Made by a program: the position numbers and the translations under genes | The notes under the pieces: model-generated | Databases searched by the model: none | What the model saw: the letters and a program-made list of their open reading frames with translations, nothing else | What the model was told of the DNA's origin: nothing | DNA from: a virus | Virus record (IMG/VR): IMGVR_UViG_3300044701_003563 | Length of the DNA stretch: 64,000 nucleotides | Strand: one strand, 5' to 3' | Part shown: positions 47,301 through 56,618 of the stretch, in pieces | How positions within the stretch are numbered: position 1 is the stretch's first letter | Layout of the letters: every line of letters begins with the position of its first letter

Positions 47301-48894
47301 GACCTTGGACTCCCTGGACTCCCTGATTGCCTTGGAGTCCCTGAGTTCCTTGAACTCCTTGATTTCCCTGAAGACCTTGGACTCCCTGGACTCCCTGATT
47401 GCCTTGGAGTCCCTGATTTCCTTGGAGACCTTGGACTCCCTGGACTCCCTGGACTCCCTGATTTCCTTGAAGACCTTGAACTCCTTGATTTCCCTGGAGA
47501 CCTTGGACTCCCTGGACTCCCTGGACTCCCTGATTTCCTTGAAGACCTTGAACTCCTTGATTTCCCTGAAGACCTTGTATTCCTTGAACTCCCTGATTTC
47601 CTTGGAAACCCTGAAGACCTTGTGTTCCCTGGACTCCTTGATTTCCCTGAAGACCTTGAACACCTTGATCTCCTTGCAATCCTTGAACTCCTTGAGTTCC
47701 CTGGTGTCCTTGAAGACCTTGAAGACCTTGAACACCTTGATCTCCTTGCAATCCTTGAACTCCTTGAGTTCCCTGGTGTCCTTGAAGACCTTGAAGACCT
47801 TGAACACCTTGATCTCCTTGCAATCCTTGAACTCCTTGAGTTCCCTGGTGTCCTTGAAGACCTTGAAGACCTTGAACTCCCTGATTTCCTTGGAAACCCT
47901 GAAGACCTTGTGTTCCCTGGACTCCTTGATTTCCCTGAAGACCTTGAACACCTTGATCTCCTTGCAATCCTTGAACTCCTTGAGTTCCCTGGTGTCCTTG
48001 AAGACCTTGAAGACCTTGAACTCCCTGATTACCTTGGAGACCTTGAACTCCTTGAACTCCTTGAGTTCCCTGGTGTCCTTGAAGACCTTGAAGACCTTGA
48101 ACTCCCTGATTTCCTTGCAATCCTTGAACTCCTTGAGTTCCCTGGTGTCCTTGAAGACCTTGAAGACCTTGAACTCCCTGATTACCTTGGAGACCTTGAA
48201 CTCCTTGAACACCCTGAGTTCCTTGAAAATTACTTAATGCGCCTTGAAGACCTTGAGTACCCTGAGTACCTTGTAAAGCAGTTTTCCAAGAAACAGTTCC
48301 ATCGCCATTTGAATAAAGAAGGTCATCTAAATTCCCACCAAATCCATCTTTATCGTATACTGTTCCGTCTAATTTCAAACTGCCAGCAACATGTAATTTG
48401 GAGTCGGAATATACAATAGTTGTTCCTATTCCTACAGAACCATTAATATATGCTCCACTATAAACTTGAAATAACTGATTTGGTGTTCCAGTTGTTACTC
48501 CAGTTCCTACTCCAATACTTACAGTTCCATTTAAAAATGTTGTAATTCCAGCAACAAATAAGGTTTGTGTCCTTAACTTTTGAATTGCAGCTTCATCAAC
48601 AATTTGCCCCCCAGTAATTTCTGTTGGACCTGCAAAAAATGTTCTTGCAGTAACTACCCCCGTAAAATATCCATCTCCATCGACCCATAAAGCAGCTCCC
48701 TGAGGAGTTTCTGTTCCTATTGCAACTGCATCTGAAAAATATCCTTTTCCTTCTACATGTAAATCTAATATTGCATTATTTGTTCCTACTCCAACTTTAC
48801 CAGCAGCAATCGACAGTACTGTTTCATTTTCCGTATATGAAACAATACCAATATTAACTCTGCGTTGACGATTGCTTAGGTAATTTTTTGCCAT
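44353..48894 (-). CDS. giant collagen-like (Gly-X-Gln)n fibre protein with GIGT-repeat N-domain and globular C-domain
   Basis: ~1150 aa of G-X-Q; N-terminal VGIGT fibre repeats; C-terminal GGIIQEP...IAF.EAP domain. Confidence 0.85.
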   Translation of the reverse strand: MAKNYLSNRQRRVNIGIVSYTENETVLSIAAGKVGVGTNNAILDLHVEGKGYFSDAVAIGTETPQGAALWVDGDGYFTGVVTARTFFAGPTEITGGQIVDEAAIQKLRTQTLFVAGITTFLNGTVSIGVGTGVTTGTPNQLFQVYSGAYINGSVGIGTTIVYSDSKLHVAGSLKLDGTVYDKDGFGGNLDDLLYSNGDGTVSWKTALQGTQGTQGLQGALSNFQGTQGVQGVQGLQGNQGVQGLQGLQGHQGTQGVQGLQGNQGVQGLQGLQGHQGTQGVQGVQGLQGNQGVQGLQGLQGHQGTQGVQGLQGDQGVQGLQGNQGVQGTQGLQGFQGNQGVQGLQGLQGHQGTQGVQGLQGDQGVQGLQGLQGHQGTQGVQGLQGDQGVQGLQGLQGHQGTQGVQGLQGDQGVQGLQGNQGVQGTQGLQGFQGNQGVQGIQGLQGNQGVQGLQGNQGVQGVQGVQGLQGNQGVQGLQGNQGVQGVQGVQGLQGNQGLQGNQGVQGVQGLQGNQGVQGTQGLQGNQGVQGVQGLQGNQGVQGTQGLQGNQGVQGVQGLQGNQGVQGTQGLQGNQGVQGTQGLQGNQGVQGTQGLQGNQGVQGNQGTQGVQGLQGNQGVQGNQGLQGNQGVQGTQGLQGNQGVQGTQGLQGNQGVQGTQGLQGNQGVQGLQGNQGVQGTQGLQGNQGVQGNQGVQGIQGLQGFQGVQGVQGLQGNQGVQGIQGLQGFQGVQGVQGLQGNQGVQGIQGLQGFQGVQGVQGLQGNQGVQGVQGLQGFQGTQGTQGVQGLQGNQGVQGTQGLQGFQGVQGTQGLQGNQGVQGTQGLQGFQGVQGTQGLQGNQGVQGTQGLQGFQGVQGVQGLQGNQGVQGLQGNQGVQGVQGTQGLQGNQGVQGTQGLQGFQGAQGTQGVQGLQGNQGVQGTQGLQGNQGVQGVQGLQGNQGVQGVQGLQGNQGVQGVQGTQGLQGNQGVQGVQGVQGLQGNQGVQGAQGLQGNQGVQGVQGLQGNQGVQGVQGLQGNQGVQGVQGTQGLQGNQGVQGTQGLQGNQGVQGVQGLQGNQGVQGVQGTQGLQGNQGVQGVQGVQGLQGNQGVQGVQGTQGLQGNQGVQGVQGLQGNQGVQGVQGNQGVQGVQGLQGNQGVQGVQGLQGNQGVQGVQGLQGVQGNQGVQGVQGLQGNQGVQGLQGNQGVQGVQGLQGVQGLQGVQGLQGNQGVQGVQGLQGNQGVQGVQGLQGNQGVQGVQGVQGLQGNQGVQGVQGVQGLQGNQGVQGVQGVQGLQGNQGVQGVQGLQGNQGVQGVQGLQGNQGVQGVQGLQGNQGVQGVQGLQGNQGVQGVQGLQGNQGVQATQGLQGVQGLQGLQGALSNFQGTQGTQGNQGLQGTQGKQVSIPDQTVIIAFEEVFDGSRTTFTPYDKVLFANQGYSVGSGNLARFINNEIDSLARFILSVGGIIQEPDPSNNRGFNTNQIGGGGNNKAADPITIAFVEAPKVTDSFFGYAVKSTNSPTNINQFGTVTDSIVYSIIFGV
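44775..48275 (-). repeat. 9-bp periodic (CAR GGN NNN) tandem repeat with higher-order 27-63 bp units
   Basis: ccttg/ccctg recurs every 9 nt; near-identical 63-bp blocks at ~47660-48170. Confidence 0.95.
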
Positions 48895-48896
48895 TG

Positions 48897-49256
48897 TTAG
48901 TTAAGAGTTTCTAATATACTTCCTACAAATTTTAAATTAGTTCCAGAAACTATTCCCGCATTATTACTTGATGATATTACCAATCTATCTCCACTTTCTA
49001 AAATTAATTTTCCACCAAAAAGATTTAAAGTGTCTGTCCCAGAAACTGGATAACTTTTCATCAATTCAGTATCTACTGGAGATCCAGAAACTATTCTCCT
49101 ATGTAAAACAGTAACATCTTCAGAAACATTGCCAACATTTGTTACCTGCGCTAACAAAAAAACCCCAGTATATCCAATTGGAGCTGTGTAAACTTCTTGT
49201 TGTGTTGTCTGTAAAACTTTTGTTACAGTTTGGAATACATTAAGTGCTAATGCCAT
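48897..49256 (-). CDS. small structural/chaperone-like protein, paralogue of 59321..59689
   Basis: ALN.F.T...YT.PIG....Q.TNV...G.L.LE.GD.L.IS...S.LET. Confidence 0.75.
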   Translation of the reverse strand: MALALNVFQTVTKVLQTTQQEVYTAPIGYTGVFLLAQVTNVGNVSEDVTVLHRRIVSGSPVDTELMKSYPVSGTDTLNLFGGKLILESGDRLVISSSNNAGIVSGTNLKFVGSILETLN

Positions 49257-49260
49257 TTCT

Positions 49261-52200
49261 TTAATCTCCTCCTAATGCTAGGATAAATGGTGTCATAGTT
49301 GCAAACAAACTCTTGGAATAAAAATCACCAGTAATAGATCCTGTAGTTTGATTAATAATTACACCGTCACCAATTTTAAAGTTTCCTGCTTGATCTGTGC
49401 TTGTGTAAACAACTAATCCACCATTACGAGCATCAGTTTCATTTTCTGGAATAGGAACTCCTCCCAATCTAGGCAAACATTTATCTATATCAATTCCCGT
49501 ACCAATATATTCAAGTGAATGTCCAGATGCCAATACTCTACTTTGTTTATAAAATGGAACTTCTGTTCCAACACCAACAAAATAAGGAACATTTTCTCCT
49601 ACAGTTATTGTTGTAATTCCTGAAGAAACTTCTGTTGCTTCAGTAATTACATAATAAGTTGGAGTAAGTTCTACTATTGCTGTAGCTGTATTTATTCCAC
49701 TTTGAGGTCCAGTAATTGTAATTTTTGGAGGAATCTTATATCCTCTTCCACTGGATACGAGTTCAATATTTGTTATTGATCCACTTCGTATTTCAGCAAC
49801 CGCTTGAGCTGGAATTCCCCATTCAACCTCTGGAGATTCAAAAGATAATGTTGGAGGTTCCGAATATCCACTTCCTGAATTTAAAATAATTACATTTTTT
49901 ACAGTATAATAAAGATCCTCAAAATAAACTACTTGTCCGTTGAAAGGTCTTATGACATCAATCTTTGCAGTTCCACCAGAAACATAATAGTGTTCAAATG
50001 GAGCAGTGCCAACATATGCTGAAAACACAGTACTTGCTGCAGATACTGATGGAAGAGGAGATATATTCAAATCTGCATTAAAAATTGCAGTTGTAACTAT
50101 TCCAACTAAATTATCAATATAAGATTTAACATTAGAGCAAGAGTTTTCACTATTATTACTCTGAGTAGTTGGATCTTCAATTAAATCAAAATTCTTCTTA
50201 TTCAACTGATTATTAATTGCAAGTTTCATGTAATCTCTTGCAGATTCAAAAGAAGTGATTGTTTGTGGTATTTCATTCTCAATGCTGTTATCGAGAGATC
50301 CATCCAAATTAAAATAAAATTTAGTTGCGTCAATTGTGTTCTCATTAGTATAATCTCTTACATCAAGAGATACATAATCAATTAAATAACCAATATCTCT
50401 ACGACACTTTGATAATCCTAAGGAATATATTCCTTCATTTATTGGTGGCAGTTCAGTAAGATCTGAGGAAACAATTACAGAAGTAACAATTCCAGTAAGA
50501 GTATCAATTGTATTTCTAACATTTGTACAAGATGTTGGATTTTTATTAGAAGTAGTTCCTATTCCTGGATTTGAATCTGTAGTGAGAGTAAGATCTTGTA
50601 TATTTAATTGATTAGTAATTGCTTTCTTTGAAAATTCAGATGCCTGCATGAATACATAAACAGATTCTGATTCTTCCCCGAGCAATGCCGTTGTTGCAGA
50701 ACCAACATTATTAAAATATTGCTTTGTAAACTCAGAAGCATAATAATTTCCGCCAACAAATAAATCAGTTGCGATTGCATCGACAAAATATCTCGTATCC
50801 CTTATGCACTTATTGGTTGTAGAAATTCCCAGGTTCTCATTGAATGTTGATAAGAATGCGGTTGTTCCAACTCCAATTACATTAGTGGATATTGCAACTA
50901 ATGTGTCTATATTATTTTGAACATCAATACAAGAATTTGCATTTCCTGATGGAAAAACTGGAATATCATTACCTGCTCCAAGATATTCTGCAGTTCCAGA
51001 AGATATTCCAATAGTTTTGATATTTAATTGATTTGTAACTGCTCTTTTAAATAGATCTCTTGCGGCATTAAATGCAGTTATTGATTGAGATTCTTCATTA
51101 ATCAATCCATTGGAAATTGGTTGACCAGTTTGAGCATCAAAATACTGTAATGTAAAATCTCTTGAATACTTATTTCCACCTGTAAATAAATCTGTTGCAA
51201 TTGCATCTATAAAATATCCAAGATCTCTCGCACATTTTAATCCTCCAGGAGAACTGGTTGTTCCTATTCCTGCTAAAGTATGAGGTAATACATTAGTACT
51301 ATCTTGAACATAATACCCAAAATTTTGTGGTGGAAGTGACAGTAAATTTCCATTATCAATTACCGAAGTTATGATTCCAACTAAGTTATCAATATTGGAA
51401 CGAACGTTTGCACATGAGTTTGGATTTGTGTTTGATCCAGTTAGTGGGTCTACAGTTATTGTTAAATCACTATAAGCAGCACCGACAAGAGTGTTGGTAA
51501 TAGCATCTTTCATCAACTGCTTTGCTTGTTCAAAAACATAAATGGATTCTGATTCTTCTCCAAGTAATCCATTATTTGTAGGATTTCCATCAGCATCAAA
51601 ATAAAATTTTGCAAATGCTATAGAATAACTATTACCACCTGTGAATATATCTGTCGAAACTGCATCAATGAATAAACCAGTATCTCTCTTACATTTATCC
51701 ATTACAGCAGCAAAGTCAGTCCCAGCAAATCCTGGATTATTGACTGCGGAAGTAAAAGCAATAGAAACTATTACGTCTTTATTATTTTGAATTAAACGAT
51801 ATGAATCTGCATATCTTGATCTTGCATTTGTTTGATTATCGCCTGGAAAATAAAAATCTGAATGAGCAATTGCTACAGCAGCAAGTGACTTATCAATAAT
51901 TTCTTGTCTATTCTTTTGAATTAAACCAGATCCATCATAAAATCTTGATCTCTCATTAGTTTCTGGTTCATCTGGAAAATAGAAGTCTGATGGAAATCCT
52001 ACTGCAAGTTTTGATGCTGCTTTGTCAGCAATTTCTCTTTGATTTTGCTTAATAAGACGATATGAATCATAATATCTAGATCTATCAGTTGTTTGCTCAT
52101 CTCCAGGTAAGTAAAAATCTGGATAATTTAATGCAATAGATGCTAGTGCCTTATCTTGAATTTCTTTCTTATTTGCTTGAATAGAATTATATGCATCATA

Positions 52201-53301
52201 ATATCTTCCAGGAGCAACAATAAACGGTTCAAATATGTACCCATAATTGCCCGTAGGATATTCAAGTTGTGTGATCCCTCCATCAGAACTGCAAGTAAAT
52301 GCAAGTCCCACAATTGAAACTCCAACACCTACTTTAAAATTGTGTTCTTGGTCCGTATATGCAGTTAAAATTCCAGTTGTATGATCATATATTGCATTCG
52401 TGATATTTAAAGTTGGTACAGTTAAATCAATTACAAATTGATCTGTACTTGTACCTCCCTCAACTATTGTTCCAGTGTATTTTTTTGGACCAACACCATC
52501 TGCAACTAAAGCATAATTTCCAAAAGAAGAGTTTGAGTTTGTTAGATCGCAAGCACCACCCGACCCACAAAAAACTGCTATGTCGTCACAAATTGTAAAT
52601 AAAGAAACTAGCTGAGCATACCCTTCATTTGTAATAGAAACTCCTATACCACCTTGATTATATTGAGTATATGAGTCAAGAACCATTGATTTTAAAGGTC
52701 CTATGGCATAAGTACCATCGACCTTCATTCCTATACTATTCGGAATAAAATTTGTGCAGTTTTGAATGTATGGAGATTGATTAAAATAACCTACCTTTTC
52801 TGGGTTAAACGTAAAAATTGCTTTTCCTGGATTTAAAGATCCAGTATATGACATCTCCGCAACATAATTTCCATTTGCAACATAAAATAAATCCTTATCT
52901 GGATTTAAAGGTGATACTGTAACTTCTCTTAAACTGTCTCCAACTACACTAACCTGACTTGGCAGTGCTATTGGATTGTCTTCCAAATAAATACCAGCAC
53001 TTACTTTTATAACCGTTCCAGTTTCTGATGCATCTACTGCAGATTTAATCGTTGCCTTTGCATCTCCAAGTTTTTTTCCAGTATTATTATCGTTTCCGTC
53101 CTTTGTTACGTATAAAATATTGGTTACTGTTGCACCAGCACCAATTCTAACTATATCGGGAACAAATCCTACTCTTTCTCTACGAGCATATAACTCAATA
53201 TCATTAGTATTTAAAGCCAATTCACCTAATTGGAGTTGTCCTAAACTTGGCTTACTCCCTGGTGTTGTTGATCGTTTAATACGAATTATTGGTCTTGTCA
53301 T
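49261..53301 (-). CDS. large fibre/spike protein with beta-helix-like core and inserted helical repeats; paralogue of 59692..64000
   Basis: I.IKR...L..GELA.N N-terminus; YV.K.G.D.N.G....AKATI; PYIQNCTNF...DSYTQYNQGGIG; repeated KC.RD..Y.IDA. Confidence 0.75.
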   Translation of the reverse strand: MTRPIIRIKRSTTPGSKPSLGQLQLGELALNTNDIELYARRERVGFVPDIVRIGAGATVTNILYVTKDGNDNNTGKKLGDAKATIKSAVDASETGTVIKVSAGIYLEDNPIALPSQVSVVGDSLREVTVSPLNPDKDLFYVANGNYVAEMSYTGSLNPGKAIFTFNPEKVGYFNQSPYIQNCTNFIPNSIGMKVDGTYAIGPLKSMVLDSYTQYNQGGIGVSITNEGYAQLVSLFTICDDIAVFCGSGGACDLTNSNSSFGNYALVADGVGPKKYTGTIVEGGTSTDQFVIDLTVPTLNITNAIYDHTTGILTAYTDQEHNFKVGVGVSIVGLAFTCSSDGGITQLEYPTGNYGYIFEPFIVAPGRYYDAYNSIQANKKEIQDKALASIALNYPDFYLPGDEQTTDRSRYYDSYRLIKQNQREIADKAASKLAVGFPSDFYFPDEPETNERSRFYDGSGLIQKNRQEIIDKSLAAVAIAHSDFYFPGDNQTNARSRYADSYRLIQNNKDVIVSIAFTSAVNNPGFAGTDFAAVMDKCKRDTGLFIDAVSTDIFTGGNSYSIAFAKFYFDADGNPTNNGLLGEESESIYVFEQAKQLMKDAITNTLVGAAYSDLTITVDPLTGSNTNPNSCANVRSNIDNLVGIITSVIDNGNLLSLPPQNFGYYVQDSTNVLPHTLAGIGTTSSPGGLKCARDLGYFIDAIATDLFTGGNKYSRDFTLQYFDAQTGQPISNGLINEESQSITAFNAARDLFKRAVTNQLNIKTIGISSGTAEYLGAGNDIPVFPSGNANSCIDVQNNIDTLVAISTNVIGVGTTAFLSTFNENLGISTTNKCIRDTRYFVDAIATDLFVGGNYYASEFTKQYFNNVGSATTALLGEESESVYVFMQASEFSKKAITNQLNIQDLTLTTDSNPGIGTTSNKNPTSCTNVRNTIDTLTGIVTSVIVSSDLTELPPINEGIYSLGLSKCRRDIGYLIDYVSLDVRDYTNENTIDATKFYFNLDGSLDNSIENEIPQTITSFESARDYMKLAINNQLNKKNFDLIEDPTTQSNNSENSCSNVKSYIDNLVGIVTTAIFNADLNISPLPSVSAASTVFSAYVGTAPFEHYYVSGGTAKIDVIRPFNGQVVYFEDLYYTVKNVIILNSGSGYSEPPTLSFESPEVEWGIPAQAVAEIRSGSITNIELVSSGRGYKIPPKITITGPQSGINTATAIVELTPTYYVITEATEVSSGITTITVGENVPYFVGVGTEVPFYKQSRVLASGHSLEYIGTGIDIDKCLPRLGGVPIPENETDARNGGLVVYTSTDQAGNFKIGDGVIINQTTGSITGDFYSKSLFATMTPFILALGGD

Positions 53302-53353
53302 TGAAGATAAGGTTCCCTAAGTCCCTATCGATAGGGAGTTTTTTTATTATTTA

Positions 53354-53530
53354 TCAGAAATCATCAGATCCATTATCTACAGACGCAGTTGACTGTATGG
53401 ATCTTTGAAGATCTTCAACCTGTTTTTTTAATTGTGCAATCTGCGTTTCAAGCAGAACGTTTGCATTGAAAAGATCAAATGATCTTTGCTGATATACAGA
53501 AAGTAATGACTTATAATCTTCTTCTGTCAT
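53354..53530 (-). CDS. small coiled-coil protein, 58 aa (not in ORF track)
   Basis: MTEEDYKSLL...LETQIAQLKKQVEDLQ...DDF*; late promoter TATAAATA at ~53552-53559. Confidence 0.65.
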   Translation of the reverse strand: MTEEDYKSLLSVYQQRSFDLFNANVLLETQIAQLKKQVEDLQRSIQSTASVDNGSDDF

Positions 53531-53560
53531 GATATTATATAAACTCTGACCTATTTATAG

Positions 53561-54352
53561 TCAATAAAATCCACCGTCTATAGAAATATTTTCCAAATTT
53601 CTTTCTGAATTTGAACAAGAAATAACTTGAGATTCTCCAGAACAATCACTGAGCCATAAACCACTTATTACCATTGGTGCATAAACAACTGATGATGTAT
53701 CTATGATTGGATCTGTTGTTGCAGCACCAAATTCATTTGCTATAATGGAAACATTTGATGCTATTCCAATTCTACCAGTACTATCATCCCAAAAAATTCC
53801 AGATCTATATCTAGTATTTGATTTATAATAATTAAATAATACGCCCAAATCCCATGTGGTATTTGATGGGGAAATAGTTCCCAATCCTACATTAAAAATT
53901 CTTGCTTGAGTGTCAAAAATTTCTGTATTAAACTTTGAAGATGTTCCACCTACAGAAATATCTCCGTCTACTTCAATTTCTCCAGATAAAACTGGATCAA
54001 TAATTCTATTTGTCCAAAATAAATTTCCATCTCCATCAGTGGAAAGAATATAATCATTAATAGGAGCTGGTGGTAAATAATATCTAAAAGTAGACGGGAC
54101 ATTAGAGGGTGCTCTTAACCCAATAAAGTTTGCTCCGTTATCAGTATTTTCATATAAGTTTATTCCACCACCAGATCCAGAAGATTCCCTTCTCCAGTAT
54201 CTATCGGAACCAAAAAACCTATTTCCAAACAGAGTTCCATCAAATCCAATATAAAAGTCTCTAGTATCTGTAGTTACTCCAGGTTCTCCTAATGCCAATC
54301 CAGGAAGATCTGAATAAGCACCTCTTTTAAATTGAATTACTGGCAGTGGCAT
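53561..54352 (-). CDS. fibre-related structural protein (Mtd-N-like N-terminus)
   Basis: IQFKRG....PGL..GEP..TTDT...YIG; shares the L.AP...Y.LP...L.TDG.G.L.W module with 39908..41371. Confidence 0.7.
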   Translation of the reverse strand: MPLPVIQFKRGAYSDLPGLALGEPGVTTDTRDFYIGFDGTLFGNRFFGSDRYWRRESSGSGGGINLYENTDNGANFIGLRAPSNVPSTFRYYLPPAPINDYILSTDGDGNLFWTNRIIDPVLSGEIEVDGDISVGGTSSKFNTEIFDTQARIFNVGLGTISPSNTTWDLGVLFNYYKSNTRYRSGIFWDDSTGRIGIASNVSIIANEFGAATTDPIIDTSSVVYAPMVISGLWLSDCSGESQVISCSNSERNLENISIDGGFY

Positions 54353-54354
54353 AA

Positions 54355-54696
54355 TTAAAATCCTCCAGCATCGGTATCAATTCTATCGTCGAGATCTTGA
54401 TCCATACGATCGAGGAAGGAAGTTGCATAACCAACAAATCCAGGTTGTATTGTTTCTGTTTCTGCTGCAGCAGTGAACACTTTATCTGGATTAACAGCTT
54501 TCCATTTTCCAGTTGCAGCATTATACATTAAAACATATTGATCATTTGTATCTTCACCATCAAAATCTACTAAATCTGAAAATCTTGCTGGCACTCCTAC
54601 ACCCCCCGTTTGAACATTAACTTTAAATTTTTGTTCTGGTCCTATTTTGATGTTAAAACTTTGAGAATTTGTTTTTGTTACTTTAAAATCTGTCAT
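54355..54696 (-). CDS. small structural protein
   Basis: SDL.D......YVL.YNA.TGKW and D.G.F fibre-type motifs. Confidence 0.65.
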   Translation of the reverse strand: MTDFKVTKTNSQSFNIKIGPEQKFKVNVQTGGVGVPARFSDLVDFDGEDTNDQYVLMYNAATGKWKAVNPDKVFTAAAETETIQPGFVGYATSFLDRMDQDLDDRIDTDAGGF

Positions 54697-55034
54697 AGTG
54701 ATGTACTATCGTTTACTATGATTGATCCTTCAACGACCTTAACAGTATAACCAGTATTTTGATCGACAAGAAAAACATCAAAATAATTTCTACCAGAAGA
54801 TAAATCAGCGGTATCAGTTCTCCCCATCGAGATTTTTACTGATGGAGAATTTACATTTCCAATTACTTCCGTGGTAAATGATTTTGATCTTATTGCTGTT
54901 GGATGCTTTCTAATTTTGGAAACTGCGTCATAATTAACTAAAGAAACAGGACCATTATCTGGTCCAGACACATTAAATGTAGCACTAAAATCAGTGCCTT
55001 TTTCCAAACTTATATTTACAACAGCAACTGACAT
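54693..55034 (-). CDS. Ig-like/BppU-like small structural protein
   Basis: GTDF..TF...IRK...T..L..GR..FDV...V.EG...V; late promoter TATAAATA at 55054-55061. Confidence 0.65.
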   Translation of the reverse strand: MSVAVVNISLEKGTDFSATFNVSGPDNGPVSLVNYDAVSKIRKHPTAIRSKSFTTEVIGNVNSPSVKISMGRTDTADLSSGRNYFDVFLVDQNTGYTVKVVEGSIIVNDSTSL

Positions 55035-55067
55035 TGTTCTGAGATTTTAGAACTATTTATAATTTAA

Positions 55068-56594
55068 TTATGGATATTGTCTCGTATTTATTCCAACTGC
55101 CGCTGGTAAATGTGGTAGTGTATTTGGAGGAATAAGTCCAAAAGTATCTGCCCAATTAACTAAAAGATTATAATATTGTCCAGGAGCAGTTCTAGCGGAG
55201 TTTGTCCAAACTGGCCATCCATTGTTTCTATTTTCAGTTATCGATGCATTTGGATTAAAATCATAATAATTAACTGTTACAGTCTGCCCATTTATAGTTT
55301 TTTGTTGAGTCGATAATCTTTGACCCCCATACTCCCTAACTATAAATTGATTTCTTGCAACAAAAAGAATTCTTACATGCCCACATCCACCGTTACCAGC
55401 AAAAGGAGTTTCAGTTCCAGCTTGTCCACTTGTCTGAGCAGCACCTCCTCCGCCACCATACAATCCACCATTAGGTCTTACCTCTGGAACTGAAAACTCA
55501 TTATCAACACTTCCATTAAATCCCCTTAAACCATTTCCATTTGAAAGATTTTTATAATTTTCATTAATAAGAGGATCTCCAAAAAATGCACCCGAAACGA
55601 AATAATCAGTATCTAATATAACTTCCGTTCCTGTTGCTCTACCATCAGCACCAAAAGAACCTCCCTGTCCACCTCCTCCAGTATTTCCAGAAGATAACGT
55701 TAAAACTCCACCATCTATAACAGATCCATTAAAGAAATAATATGCTTTTTTTCCATTTGGACCCACTCCCCAAAATACTCCTACACCACCTCCACCTCCT
55801 CCAGAGTCTGCTCCTCCACCACCACCCCACATTCCTCCACCACCACCTCCGCCTTGACCATCTTGAGATTCTTGAGTGCCAGCAGTTCCACCATTTCCTC
55901 CATTACCAAACCATCCTCCAGCACCTCCACCACCGCCATCTTGTCCACCACCAACTCCACCCTGAACACCACCATTACCACCATTACCACCTCCAATAGT
56001 TCCCCATGCAAATGTTCCAACTGCGGATCCAGTTCCACCTTGATTTCCAGATGTAATTGCTCTGGCATCTTGCTTAGGCAAAGCGGATTCATTAAATTGA
56101 GTCGTTCCATTCCTAGAATCAATTCTTATTGAATCTGTAACATAAAAATCTTGCCCCCCACCTTGAGCAAAAACAATTATTGTTCCTCCTATACCAGTTC
56201 TACCAGGAACACTTGCATTATTATCTGAAGCAATATAACTAGTTTGCCCAGGACGACCCCATGAAGCATCCCATCCAAGTTGATCAACAACTAAGGTGTG
56301 ATTGCCAGTTCCACCAACTCCAGCCTTTACTCTTAGAATTTCCCCAGGAACTACTGGCATACTATTAATCCAACGAAGTCCACCTCCTCCACCCCCAACA
56401 CCAGGAGTTTGATTGTTTCCTGCACGGCCACCTCCACCTCCACCAATACAAACTGCAGTTATACTTGTAATTCCAGCAGGAACCTGCCACAAATATTCCC
56501 TAGTTGAACAAGCAAAACTTACTTCACCTATAACTGGAAACTTTGTTGTGTCAAGTATATAATGAATTCCACCTTGAGCATCTGGACCTGGCAT
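55068..56594 (-). CDS. glycine-rich adhesin-like protein (polyglycine loops)
   Basis: W.VPAG.TSI..VCIGGGGGG...GGGGGG..W......V.PGE.L....G.GG; final G..G.VRI. Confidence 0.75.
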   Translation of the reverse strand: MPGPDAQGGIHYILDTTKFPVIGEVSFACSTREYLWQVPAGITSITAVCIGGGGGGRAGNNQTPGVGGGGGGLRWINSMPVVPGEILRVKAGVGGTGNHTLVVDQLGWDASWGRPGQTSYIASDNNASVPGRTGIGGTIIVFAQGGGQDFYVTDSIRIDSRNGTTQFNESALPKQDARAITSGNQGGTGSAVGTFAWGTIGGGNGGNGGVQGGVGGGQDGGGGGAGGWFGNGGNGGTAGTQESQDGQGGGGGGGMWGGGGGADSGGGGGGVGVFWGVGPNGKKAYYFFNGSVIDGGVLTLSSGNTGGGGQGGSFGADGRATGTEVILDTDYFVSGAFFGDPLINENYKNLSNGNGLRGFNGSVDNEFSVPEVRPNGGLYGGGGGAAQTSGQAGTETPFAGNGGCGHVRILFVARNQFIVREYGGQRLSTQQKTINGQTVTVNYYDFNPNASITENRNNGWPVWTNSARTAPGQYYNLLVNWADTFGLIPPNTLPHLPAAVGINTRQYP

Positions 56595-56618
56595 AAATTA
56601 ATTCCTCTTAAAATAATA

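Noticed and set aside
44775-48275. Possible CRISPR array or DGR template/variable repeat
   Set aside because: The periodicity is 9 bp and coding, with no unique spacers. I saw no reverse transcriptase or adenine-specific TR/VR pair in the window, despite the Mtd-N-like N-termini.
44745-48419. Two >1100-aa alternative ORFs (44745..48212 -, 44841..48419 +) and shorter ones overlapping the collagen tracts, also at 57452-59125
   Set aside because: The CAR-GGN-NNN periodicity makes these frames unable to contain stop codons, and they end at the repeat borders. There is no independent evidence of translation.
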